DNA of 64,000 nucleotides from Candidatus Gottesmanbacteria bacterium. GTDB taxonomy: Bacteria > Patescibacteriota > Microgenomatia > UBA10105 > UBA927. The translations under genes and the position numbers were made by a program. The number at the start of each line of letters is the position of its first letter. The stretch's first letter is position 1. Below are positions 37,323 through 48,871 of this stretch, in pieces. Below the pieces are notes generated by a model. The model had not been told where the DNA came from. It ran no database searches and saw only the letters and a program-made list of their open reading frames with translations. The stretch is from contig JAUXTO010000030.1 in the NCBI GenBank assembly GCA_030679255.1, forward strand, positions 3,420 through 67,419, given 5' to 3'.

Positions 37323-39240
37323 GTTCACGAGCTTTTTCTTTGTTGTTACACGCATCGCGCTGAGCCACACTTTCATACAGCGTAAGGGCAATATCAGGAA
37401 CGAGACTTGCCTGACGTGCGTGGACAAAAGCAGCGAGGGCTTCATCACACTGGCCATCAAATAATTCTGCAAGTCCCAAATACGTGTAACCATCCTGTTC
37501 TTCTATATCACTTTTATAGAGTATTGCTTGCTGAAAATATCGTTTCGCATCAAGAAGTTTTCCTCCGCGGAGAAGAATTTTTCCGATGGTGATACGGCTA
37601 TCGGCATACACGCTCAACACATCCGAAAGCATGAGATGATGATACCGGCTAAGAATTCCACTGCGTGGATCTTGAAAGGTACTCCAAAGCCGATCGTTCA
37701 TGTCGATATACGCGGCAAGCGCAGGCAGTTCGTCTTTCTTCGTGAGTTTATACACGAGTCCATATGGCACCCAAAACCATCCGTCGTCTATAGCAAATGT
37801 CGTATTACTATAGATGGGGACGCGGTCACGGTTCGCGCCGACGAACGCTTTTGCAAATGCGCCTGGAGCACTTTCCGGCACGATAAGATCCCCAAACCTC
37901 TGCTTGATGATCATCGGATAATCGGCACTCCATAACCGGTTTGCGTGAATGAGCGCGATATCCGGTCTCCACCCTAACCCATACCGCACATATTGACTGA
38001 CAAAAAGCGGCGTGTCACGGCTCACCAAAAGAAGAGACCCCGCCGGCAATCCCGCCATGATATCCTTTCCCAATGCATCGGCCGTACGATCTGACCGGAG
38101 TCCCCAAAACCTCCAAATTGTCATTGATACCATCGATATCGAAAACAACAATACACCAGCAGTGATCGCTAGCCTCAAAAGGTGAGACCTTTTAAGGCTA
38201 AATTTACGTATAGCTGAAACACCAACTCCCATGAGTATCGAAAGAAGTGTATATGACGGTAATAAAAATCGTTCGTATGTCCCTAAACTAAACCGGTTCA
38301 TGAGGGGGAAACTCGCATAAAAGAAAAATCCGGGTCCTATGAACAGTATCGCCAAAAAAAGAAACCAGAAAGCCGTGCGTTTCTGCCGCCATAATTGGAC
38401 AAACCCCGCAGTCGCAAAGAGCACCCCTACCCAGGACAAATCCATCAGAACGAATTGCCCGTACGCTTTCAACTGGAGCAATCGGTGAATCGGGAGCGCA
38501 CCATAAAACCCGTTGGCGACGAATGATCCGTAATCCTGCCGTGTCAAAAGCCGTAGAAATCCCGGAACATCAACTGCCCGGTCCCAATTGATGATTGCCC
38601 CTCCCCGGGCGGCGATCGGTATATATAAGTATGGAAGTAGTCCAAGCAGAAAAAATATTGCACACAATAGAGAGACTTTTTTGAGACTTTTGACGTGACT
38701 CCAAATGAACCATCCTATCGAAGGAACCAAAAACAACATCACATGATGATGCGTGAGTGACAGTCCAAATATAAATGAAAAAAGGAAGAGATAGCGACTG
38801 TTCCGTGTTTCACTCCAAAGAATCAAGAGATAAACTATGAGAACAACAAACAAATCAAATAACGCAAATACTTCCGGGGTTGTGCTATAAAGAAAAAAAG
38901 GATAATTTCCGCCGAGCATAAGGACGGCAAAGAGTCCGGCGCTTGCCGAGCTTCCTAACCGTCGGACAATGAGATAAACAAACCCTAGTGTAAGCGCGTG
39001 TGGTATCGAAGACATGAGACCAGCGCGCCAAGCAGGAGTAAATAAAGGCATTCTCGTTGCGAGCCATACCAACCACGTGTAGAGCGGATACCCCGGCGGG
39101 TGGGGGACACCAAATTCGTAGGCTGCCGTGACCAAATCTCCACTATCACCGCCAAAAATTCCCGTTGCTTGAAAAAGAAGATACACGACCAATGCTCCGG
39201 CAGCTATGACCATTGCAATAGCCATCGTTGACCATTTCAT
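37264..39240 (-). CDS. DUF2723 (TMEM260-like) membrane glycosyltransferase with C-terminal TPR-like region
   Basis: GGDSGDL...GVPHPPGYPLY and LTHH motifs. Confidence 0.88.
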   Translation of the reverse strand: MKWSTMAIAMVIAAGALVVYLLFQATGIFGGDSGDLVTAAYEFGVPHPPGYPLYTWLVWLATRMPLFTPAWRAGLMSSIPHALTLGFVYLIVRRLGSSASAGLFAVLMLGGNYPFFLYSTTPEVFALFDLFVVLIVYLLILWSETRNSRYLFLFSFIFGLSLTHHHVMLFLVPSIGWFIWSHVKSLKKVSLLCAIFFLLGLLPYLYIPIAARGGAIINWDRAVDVPGFLRLLTRQDYGSFVANGFYGALPIHRLLQLKAYGQFVLMDLSWVGVLFATAGFVQLWRQKRTAFWFLFLAILFIGPGFFFYASFPLMNRFSLGTYERFLLPSYTLLSILMGVGVSAIRKFSLKRSHLLRLAITAGVLLFSISMVSMTIWRFWGLRSDRTADALGKDIMAGLPAGSLLLVSRDTPLFVSQYVRYGLGWRPDIALIHANRLWSADYPMIIKQRFGDLIVPESAPGAFAKAFVGANRDRVPIYSNTTFAIDDGWFWVPYGLVYKLTKKDELPALAAYIDMNDRLWSTFQDPRSGILSRYHHLMLSDVLSVYADSRITIGKILLRGGKLLDAKRYFQQAILYKSDIEEQDGYTYLGLAELFDGQCDEALAAFVHARQASLVPDIALTLYESVAQRDACNNKEKARELMRMYEAARQKEEIPLGGQ

Positions 39241-39254
39241 GAGGAGTTGGAGAT

Positions 39255-39764
39255 TTATTGTACGCAGTAATAACAATCTGTACCTGCGGTGCCACCTGTC
39301 TGTGACTTACAGGTAGCCCCTGATGTCTGTCCGTCTGAGGCAAACAACGTCACCGGGTCTTCCTGGAATGATTTGGATTCCGGTTTAAAACAGGATGCAA
39401 CATGTTCAGAGCTCGTCGATGTAATGAAAATCTTGGACAAATTCCCAGTCCCTGCTAAATCGATAAATCGTGCCTTGAGCTCTCCTGCATTTATCAAATC
39501 TGTAATTTCGCTCCCCATCGAATTGACGGGTTTAGCCGTAAACGAGGTACCGGTTCCCCACATAAAATTACCTTTCGTAGCATACGCCCGGAGATTCGCA
39601 TTATAAAATTCAGCCGTGGTGTTGCGAAGCGATGTATCCCGGCCTTTTTTCAATTGTTCAAATGGATCAATCGTGGCCAATAGTCCTACAGCCAGTGATC
39701 CGAGAAGCGCTATGACGATAAGAAGTTCAATGAGGGTGAAACCTTTTTGCAAATGTTTTATCAT
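39255..39764 (-). CDS. Pilin (probable major pilin)
   Basis: KGFTLIELLIVI; lies directly after pilC. Confidence 0.85.
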   Translation of the reverse strand: MIKHLQKGFTLIELLIVIALLGSLAVGLLATIDPFEQLKKGRDTSLRNTTAEFYNANLRAYATKGNFMWGTGTSFTAKPVNSMGSEITDLINAGELKARFIDLAGTGNLSKIFITSTSSEHVASCFKPESKSFQEDPVTLFASDGQTSGATCKSQTGGTAGTDCYYCVQ

Positions 39765-39817
39765 AATTATTTCCTCTCTATCTGGTGTATCACCCATGAA
39801 TATATCTTGTCAATAGG

Positions 39818-41029
39818 TCACTTGAACTGGGCCGTCAGATTATAAATCGGCGTGATGACGGAAATGACGATAAACCCGACCCCAACCCCCAATACAATCA
39901 TAATGATGGGTTCTATGGCCGTCGTCAAACCCCGGACAAGGTGCTCGGATTCGCTTTCAAAATACCGGGAAAGCTTGACAAGCGTATCATCGAGTTTCCC
40001 CGTTTCTTCACCAACTTTCATCATCTGAGAGACAATCGGCGGGAAAACGTCGTACTGGGCAAACGTATCCCCTAAGGGAAAACCCTTCTCCACTTTTTTA
40101 CTGATTTCATCGATAGCATTACGGAAACGGACATTGCCCAACGAATCCCGGAGCGTCTGGAGTCCCTGTAAAATATGAATACCAGCACTGATAAGCATAG
40201 CCAAGGTTCGCGTAAACTCGACCAGGAGTACTTTTTTCGTAAGATCACCAAACAAAGGTAATTTTAGGGTAATACTGTCCACCATGAGTTCACCAATAGG
40301 AGTTTTCTTCCACTTGCCGTATGCGATGGAGAGCCCCACCATGATGGCGATCATGAGCCACCAAAAATGCACAAAAAACGTTGAGAGTGATATGAGAATT
40401 TTCGTGGGAGTCGGTAAATCAATGCCAAAATCTTTATAGAGATCCGTGAGTTTCGGGACGACCACCGTCATCATGACCATGACGACGGCGACCATACCGA
40501 TCATGATGATGACCGGATAGACCATGGCCCCTTTCACTTTGCTCCGGAATTCGGCCTGAGATTCGAGCGTGTCAGCCAGTCGCGCGAGCACTTTATCGAG
40601 GGTACCGGAAGATTCACCGGCGCGAACGAGCGCAATATAAATAGGACTAAACGCTTCAGGGTACTTGGCTAATGAATCTCCTAAATTTCCGCCGCCCGTG
40701 ATTTGCACCTCAACATCGGCGATCAAACGGACAAACGCAGGATTCGTAGTCTGTGAGCGAAGAATCGTGAGCGCATCCGGAAGCGATAGACCGGCGACAA
40801 TCATGGTGGCAAGCTGCCGGGTAAAGGCAACCACATCCCCATAGCCGACTTTTTTAAACTTCGCAAGGATATCCGAAACTCCGGATTGTGCGTGGGTTTC
40901 TTTGATGGAAACGACAAAAAGCTCCCGGGACCGAAGCAATTTGACGGCACTATCCGCGCTTGGGGATTCTACGGTGCCGTCTGCCACCTCCCCATCTTTA
41001 TCCCGCGCTTTGTAGGTAAAAAAAGCCAT
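39818..41029 (-). CDS. pilC: Type IV pilus platform protein PilC
   Basis: FTRQLATM, AGESSG, GEETGKLD and IEP motifs. Confidence 0.95.
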   Translation of the reverse strand: MAFFTYKARDKDGEVADGTVESPSADSAVKLLRSRELFVVSIKETHAQSGVSDILAKFKKVGYGDVVAFTRQLATMIVAGLSLPDALTILRSQTTNPAFVRLIADVEVQITGGGNLGDSLAKYPEAFSPIYIALVRAGESSGTLDKVLARLADTLESQAEFRSKVKGAMVYPVIIMIGMVAVVMVMMTVVVPKLTDLYKDFGIDLPTPTKILISLSTFFVHFWWLMIAIMVGLSIAYGKWKKTPIGELMVDSITLKLPLFGDLTKKVLLVEFTRTLAMLISAGIHILQGLQTLRDSLGNVRFRNAIDEISKKVEKGFPLGDTFAQYDVFPPIVSQMMKVGEETGKLDDTLVKLSRYFESESEHLVRGLTTAIEPIIMIVLGVGVGFIVISVITPIYNLTAQFK

Positions 41030-41030
41030 C

Positions 41031-42086
41031 TTACATTCCCTTCAGCAGTCGATTCATGTCCTCTGGCCGGAGCGCGTAGGAGATGGCCGTTTCCGCCGAT
41101 ATTTTGCCTTCTTTCACGGCTTTGGCAAGGGCGGTTTCCAAAAGCATCATGCCGAGCTCACCCGACGTTTGAATGATGTTATCGACGAGATGACTCTTTC
41201 CTTCGCGGATGGTTGTCCGGACCGCAGGACTTGCCGTGAGTACTTCAGCGATAGCCACACGGCCACCTCCTGCCGCAGGAATCAGACGCTGTGCGAGGAT
41301 TCCTTCTAGGACGCTCGAGAGCTGCATGCGGACCTGGGGTTGTTGATTTTCCGGAAAAACGTCGACGATGCGGTCGATGCTCTGAGCTGCGGAGTTGGTG
41401 TGGAGGGTGGCAAAGACTAAATGTCCGGTTTCGGCAACCGTGAGGGCCGCAGCGATCGTTTCATAATCGCGCATTTCGCCGACGAGCACGACATCCGGAT
41501 CTTCCCGGAGCGAACTTCTCAGTGCCGCGTTCCATGAATGCGTATCGCTATGCATTTCGCGTTGGGACACGATCGAAAGACCCTTCGGATAAATAAACTC
41601 AATCGGATCCTCGACGGTGACTATGTGATTGGCCGTCTTCATATTGATCGTGTTGATCATGGCAGCCAAGGTCGTCGATTTTCCATGACCCGTGGGCCCG
41701 GTGACGAGGACCAAACCCTGGCGGAGCTTCACAAATTCGTGACAAATAGCAGGGAGACCCAATTCATCAATTGTTTTAATTTTGGCCGGAATGAGGCGGA
41801 ATGAGGCGGCAATCGTACCTTGCTGATAATACAAATTGGTACGGAACCGGCCCGTATCGCTTGTCACCGAGAGATCAATTTCTTTATTCGTCGTAAGCAG
41901 TTCTTTTTGTTCCGGAGTGAGCACGCCCGTCGCAAGCCCCTCGGTATCCTGGGACGTCAAAACGGATTCAGAAGGAATAGGTGCAAGTTTCCCACTGACC
42001 CGCATCATGGGGGGAAATCCGACAATAAAGTGGAGATCATTGGCTTCAAGCCGTGCGGCTTCAGAAAAAAGTTGTTGGATATCCAT
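41031..42086 (-). CDS. pilT: Type IV pilus retraction ATPase PilT
   Basis: GPTGHGKSTT, LREDPDV and AETGHLVFATLHT motifs. Confidence 0.95.
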   Translation of the reverse strand: MDIQQLFSEAARLEANDLHFIVGFPPMMRVSGKLAPIPSESVLTSQDTEGLATGVLTPEQKELLTTNKEIDLSVTSDTGRFRTNLYYQQGTIAASFRLIPAKIKTIDELGLPAICHEFVKLRQGLVLVTGPTGHGKSTTLAAMINTINMKTANHIVTVEDPIEFIYPKGLSIVSQREMHSDTHSWNAALRSSLREDPDVVLVGEMRDYETIAAALTVAETGHLVFATLHTNSAAQSIDRIVDVFPENQQPQVRMQLSSVLEGILAQRLIPAAGGGRVAIAEVLTASPAVRTTIREGKSHLVDNIIQTSGELGMMLLETALAKAVKEGKISAETAISYALRPEDMNRLLKGM

Positions 42087-42092
42087 AAAGTA

Positions 42093-43814
42093 TTAATCCT
42101 GCGCCACGCGCAAGACTTCTTCAAGGGTCGTCACCGCTTCAATCGCTTTGAGATACCCATCCTGTTTCATAGTAATCATGCCCTCGTGTATGGCAAGTTT
42201 TTCTATCTCCGCCATGGGAGCACGCTGCAAAATAAGCTTACTGAGCGTATCGCTTACCGGAAATACTTCATAGATACCCATGCGTCCGAGATACCCCGAT
42301 CCGCCACAGGATTGACACGGTTGGCCATTGACCGTACCCGTTCCGCGATACAGTTTAATCGGTTTATCCGATGGGATGAGGTTACCAAGCACATTCCGGA
42401 TATCCGCGGCAACCGCCGCATCAGGATCATATTCTTCTTTGCAGGTTGGGCATACGCGCCGTGAAATGCGCTGCCCGACGACAGCGTTAAGCGCCGAGGC
42501 GACGAGAAATGGTTCTGCACCAAGATCCAGAAGCCGGGGGATGGCGCCGGCCGCGTTATTGGTGTGCAGCGTCGAAAAAACCAAATGTCCGGTGAGAGCA
42601 GCCTGTATGGCCAAGTCCGTCGTTTCCGTGTCGCGGATTTCTCCGACCAGGATGATGTTCGGGTCTTGGCGGAGAAAAGACCGGAGTCCCGTGGCAAACG
42701 TGAGACCAGCCGCAGGATTTATTTGCACCTGATTGACCCCGCTGATTTCATACTCAACCGGATCCTCAAGCGTCATGATATTGACCCGGGGATTATTGAG
42801 TTTAGCAAGGACTGCGTAAAGTGTGGTCGTTTTCCCCGAACCCGTCGGCCCGGTGACGAGATTGATGCCATGCGGCCGGGAAATACTCGTCTCTAAATTT
42901 TTGAGGGACAAACCGCGCAGTCCCAACTCCTGCATGGTGGGAATCCCGCCGGATTTTTTGAGAAGCCGCATGACCACTTTTTCGCCGTGAACTGTGGGGA
43001 GCGTCGATACCCGAAGATCCACTTCATTATCTCCCATTTTAAAGTTAAAGCGTCCATCCTGCGGGATACGCTTCTCGTCAATTTTCAAATCTGCGAGTAT
43101 TTTGATCCGGGACACAACCGCGTCTTGGAGCCCTCTGGGGAGCGCCAACCGTTCCTGCAAAATTCCATCGACGCGATAGCGTACCCGTGTCTCTCCGATT
43201 TGCGGTTCGATGTGGATATCCGAAGCGCGTATCCGCATCGCCTGCTCAAGAACCGCAGATACAATTTGAGCAATCGGCGCTTCACGGATAACCTCACCGA
43301 GTTTCCCGGCTTCATAGGTCTTTATCGCCGACGGGGTCGTTTCTTTAAGCGCCGCAGTAACATCTGCACCAAGATTTTGGTTATAGAGCTCATTGATGTG
43401 GGCGATGATATCCTCGCTCGTTGCCATGAAGGGCTTAATGGTCTTCCCGGATTTCTTTTCCAAAAATTCTATAACCTGAAAGTCTAAGGGGTCTTTCATA
43501 GCCACGGACAATAGTTTCGTCGGTTCATCAAAAAGAAAAGGAATGAGCACATACCGCCGGGCAACAGGCTCAGGGATAAATTCGACAACATCCGGAGAAA
43601 TTGCTTTACCCTCAAGCATGACAAACGGGATATTGAGCGCCTTGGCCCGGGCGGCAACGAGAACCGCATCGGAGACGAATTGTCGTTTAGAGAGGAGCGA
43701 TTCAATGGGAGTACCGGTATTGAGCGATTCTAGCCGAATGGCGTCCGCCTGCGCCTGAGTAAGGTGGGCGTCAGCGGTCAGTATGGTCAGTAATTCCTGG
43801 GCAGTCGTGGGCAT
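42093..43814 (-). CDS. pilB: Type IV pilus assembly ATPase PilB/GspE
   Basis: ASDIHIEP, GPTGSGKTTTLY, LRQDP and Zn-binding Cys. Confidence 0.95.
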   Translation of the reverse strand: MPTTAQELLTILTADAHLTQAQADAIRLESLNTGTPIESLLSKRQFVSDAVLVAARAKALNIPFVMLEGKAISPDVVEFIPEPVARRYVLIPFLFDEPTKLLSVAMKDPLDFQVIEFLEKKSGKTIKPFMATSEDIIAHINELYNQNLGADVTAALKETTPSAIKTYEAGKLGEVIREAPIAQIVSAVLEQAMRIRASDIHIEPQIGETRVRYRVDGILQERLALPRGLQDAVVSRIKILADLKIDEKRIPQDGRFNFKMGDNEVDLRVSTLPTVHGEKVVMRLLKKSGGIPTMQELGLRGLSLKNLETSISRPHGINLVTGPTGSGKTTTLYAVLAKLNNPRVNIMTLEDPVEYEISGVNQVQINPAAGLTFATGLRSFLRQDPNIILVGEIRDTETTDLAIQAALTGHLVFSTLHTNNAAGAIPRLLDLGAEPFLVASALNAVVGQRISRRVCPTCKEEYDPDAAVAADIRNVLGNLIPSDKPIKLYRGTGTVNGQPCQSCGGSGYLGRMGIYEVFPVSDTLSKLILQRAPMAEIEKLAIHEGMITMKQDGYLKAIEAVTTLEEVLRVAQD

Positions 43815-43876
43815 ACTCCATCCATTATCAACTAGCGATCATATATAATGCAAGATGCGGGAACAAACCGGAGCGC

Positions 43877-44015
43877 AAAAATTCCAAGCACCAAGCAACA
43901 AATACCAAACAAACTCAAAGCACCAATGTGCAAAAAAATAAAACGGTTTCGAACATTTGAATTTGGAATTTTGTATTTGTTTGGAATTTGGTGCTTGAGA
44001 TTTGGAATTTAAATT
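43877..44015. repeat. Inverted array of 7-nt periodic repeats
   Basis: aaattcc/aagcacc/aaatacc followed by ggaattt/ggtgctt/gagattt. Confidence 0.75.
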
Positions 44016-44023
44016 TTAAATGT

Positions 44024-44725
44024 ATGCATGCATATATCATTACTGGGGGCACAACCAAAGAGCGTAGTGAAAAAATTCAATCGCTTTTACAAGAGCGTGC
44101 TATTTCTCCGCACGACATTACGACCATTCTCCCTGATCCCAGCACAATCGGTATCGATCCGATCCGCGCGGTGCTACCTCGACTATCTGTGAGTCCGATG
44201 GGTGGTACTACTCACGCGGTAATCATACATTTGGCTCATACCATGACCCCCGAGGCCCAAAATGCATTCCTCAAAACACTCGAAGAGCCGCCTGGCGAAG
44301 CGATAATCTATCTGGAAACCGATCAGCCTGAAGCCCTCCTGCCGACGATTCTGTCCCGCTGTCAGATCATCCGTCTCACCGACAATAGTGACAGGGTCTC
44401 GCCCTGTCAAAAAGATCTGGATGCATCGGCCCAGTGTTTAAAAACCATTTATCAACTCCTCGCGGCTTCAGTGGGGGAGCGGCTTAAAATCATCGATATC
44501 TCCGTCAAAACCCGTGACGATGCCCTCGCCTTCGTCAATCAGTGCATTCAATCCCTTCACCATCATCTTCGCATGACAGGGTCTCGCCCTGTCACCCTTC
44601 CTCCCTCCTTAAATCTTTCTCAAACAATATCCGCTAAACTTCTCCGTTCTCTCCTCACCGCCCGCACTCAAATCCAGGGTAACATCACCCCCAAACTCGC
44701 CCTTGACGCTGTTTTTCTCTCCTGA
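44024..44725 (+). CDS. holB: DNA polymerase III delta' subunit-like protein
   Basis: AQNAFLKTLEEPP and LLPTILSRCQ; contains family B copies at 44389-44409 and 44574-44594, and one at 44723-44743 that supplies the stop codon. Confidence 0.85.
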   Translation: MHAYIITGGTTKERSEKIQSLLQERAISPHDITTILPDPSTIGIDPIRAVLPRLSVSPMGGTTHAVIIHLAHTMTPEAQNAFLKTLEEPPGEAIIYLETDQPEALLPTILSRCQIIRLTDNSDRVSPCQKDLDASAQCLKTIYQLLAASVGERLKIIDISVKTRDDALAFVNQCIQSLHHHLRMTGSRPVTLPPSLNLSQTISAKLLRSLLTARTQIQGNITPKLALDAVFLS

Positions 44726-44879
44726 CAGGGTTCAACCCTGTCAATCTTCTTTCCCCTGTGCCTATCCCAAAGCTACAACTTCCCAGCAACAATGACCTAT
44801 CCAGGTAACACCATCGACGCGAAACGAATAACATGAAGAAAAAGTTGACAGAGGAGGAGGGGGAGTATGATTTCCGATA

Positions 44880-45356
44880 ATGTATGTACTTATTCCAACA
44901 TCACTGGGAGGAGAGCGCAGCAGTGAACCACCATATGCAAGAACCCCGTTAGATGAAATTCCTGACGATCGGTGGGGAAATATATGGCTGAAGATGAATC
45001 GTCGTCCATACAGTGGTGTGCGCTTGGAATTTGATAGTGAAGAAGCTCGAATACTTGAACAGGCGGGATTGTTTAATCGTTTAATCGGTGGAAAAAAACC
45101 GAACACTGAACACCTAATTACAATTTTAACAGAAACTTTTACACAAGAAGCTGATGGACCAAGCAAAAATGTAACATTTGTTAGACTTACCGGAAAGTTT
45201 GATCAAACTTCAGGCCCAACAACTCCTGACGATACCGTCTTAGGCACAGTCTTTCCCCATGCTTTAACTGATCATTTCAAGCCATTGTTCACAAAATTAG
45301 TTAATAGCGGACGTGCTACAGTTCCAAAGGCATTGCTCAATTCTGTCAATCAATAG
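44880..45356 (+). CDS. Hypothetical protein
   Basis: 158-aa ORF with no recognised motif; converges on RAYT2. Confidence 0.55.
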   Translation: MYVLIPTSLGGERSSEPPYARTPLDEIPDDRWGNIWLKMNRRPYSGVRLEFDSEEARILEQAGLFNRLIGGKKPNTEHLITILTETFTQEADGPSKNVTFVRLTGKFDQTSGPTTPDDTVLGTVFPHALTDHFKPLFTKLVNSGRATVPKALLNSVNQ

Positions 45357-46044
45357 CCATCTTCCCAATCACGAACTTCGAATCCTCGCCGTAGTCCTCG
45401 ACAAAACTCTCATACGATAGGAAATCCCGATAATCTCTGCGTTGTGCCGATCGAAAATAATCTAAGATATGCTCCGGATGCAACCACGAGGCTTGCTTCA
45501 AGCGCAGATAATACGGATAACTCGAGTATGGATACTCCCTCACACTGACAGGGCGAGACCCTGTCACTTCTTTTGGATTCAAGTGAATGTACCGGGTGAC
45601 ATGAAGGAGATACGAATCGCGATCAATGTACGCCGCTTTATATGGCCCTTGAAACAATGTTCCAATTCGCTTATATCGCTTATTGAAATACATGGAATAG
45701 CTCGTACATATAGCTTGAAGGAAGTTTGCCATACCGTAAGATTCTTTTTGATAAAGCACCAAGTGAAAATGGTTTGGCATCAAACAGTAGGCGAGAAGGG
45801 AGACTTCTTCAGCAAATGAACGCAGTGGCCGTATTCTGACAGGGCGAGACCCTGTCATTTTATCTAACGGATGCTCCAAAACCTTTTTAGGATCCAATTG
45901 AGGAGAAAGGTATGCCTTTAAGAAGCTTAAAAACACCCGATAATCCTGATCGTCAAGGAATATCAACCGCTTTTCGACACCACGATTGTATGCGTGGTAA
46001 TTGCCACCCGCAACATAAAGCTTCACGGTATTTTGCGAAGGCAT
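45346..46044 (-). mobile_element. REP-associated tyrosine transposase (RAYT / IS200-like HUH Y1)
   Basis: YHAYNRG, AYCLMPNHFHL, YIHLNP and YPYSSY; family B REPs inside (45546-45566, 45837-45857) and upstream (46059-46079). Confidence 0.92.
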
Positions 46045-46112
46045 ACACCGATAATAATTGACAGGGCGAGACCTTGTCAATTATTTTCTCCAAATCCTAC
46101 AATAAGCTATAG

Positions 46113-48131
<2,019 letters not shown>

Positions 48132-48242
48132 TAATGGAATCATCGAATTACGAATGAAGCCCGAATATACAAATACATTGATACCGTATCATTCGTATAT
48201 TCGAATTGATTCGATATTCGATGATAGTAAAAGGAGGAATGT

Positions 48243-48758
48243 ATGAACAAATTAACCGCGGGAAAAAATCCTCCCGCACAAATCAATGTTTTTGTAGAAA
48301 TCCCGCAGGGCGGGGATATCAAATACGAACTGGATAAAGAAACAGGCGTCGTATTCGTGGACCGCTTTCTCTACACGGCATTCCGGTATCCGTTTAACTA
48401 CGGTTTTGTTCCGGGAACCATGGCAAAAGATGGCGATCCCGTGGATGTCCTCGTATTAAGTGACAAATCCGTCGCTCCGGGCACCGTGATCCCGGCTGTC
48501 CCTATCGGGATGCTCGAGATGGAAGACGAAGAGGGGATAGATACCAAAATCCTCGCTGTCCCGACCCTCAAGGTTGATCCGTATTACGGCGCATGGAAGG
48601 ATATCGCCGATGTACCGCAAGCGATCAAAGATAAAATCAAGCACTTCTTCGAGCACTACAAAGAGCTCGAACCTGGCAAGTGGGTCAAGATCAAGGATTG
48701 GAAAGGGAAAGACGCCGCAATGGAAGACATAAAAAATGCCATCCCGGCGAGCAAATAA
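48243..48758 (+). CDS. ppa: Inorganic pyrophosphatase (family I)
   Basis: KYELDK, YPFNYGF, DGDPVDV and FFEHYKELE motifs. Confidence 0.97.
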   Translation: MNKLTAGKNPPAQINVFVEIPQGGDIKYELDKETGVVFVDRFLYTAFRYPFNYGFVPGTMAKDGDPVDVLVLSDKSVAPGTVIPAVPIGMLEMEDEEGIDTKILAVPTLKVDPYYGAWKDIADVPQAIKDKIKHFFEHYKELEPGKWVKIKDWKGKDAAMEDIKNAIPASK

Positions 48759-48871
48759 AATTAAGTCCGGCTTCACTTTCTCTCTGCTATAACGCTTATG
48801 GTTTGAGGGGAATGAAACCGAAGACGGATCTTAATTTTCGTTTGCGATGCAAAGGGATGGTTTGACGACGT

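Noticed and set aside
24433-46079. Dispersed palindromic repeats as a CRISPR array
   Set aside because: No regular repeat-spacer periodicity and no cas genes in the window.
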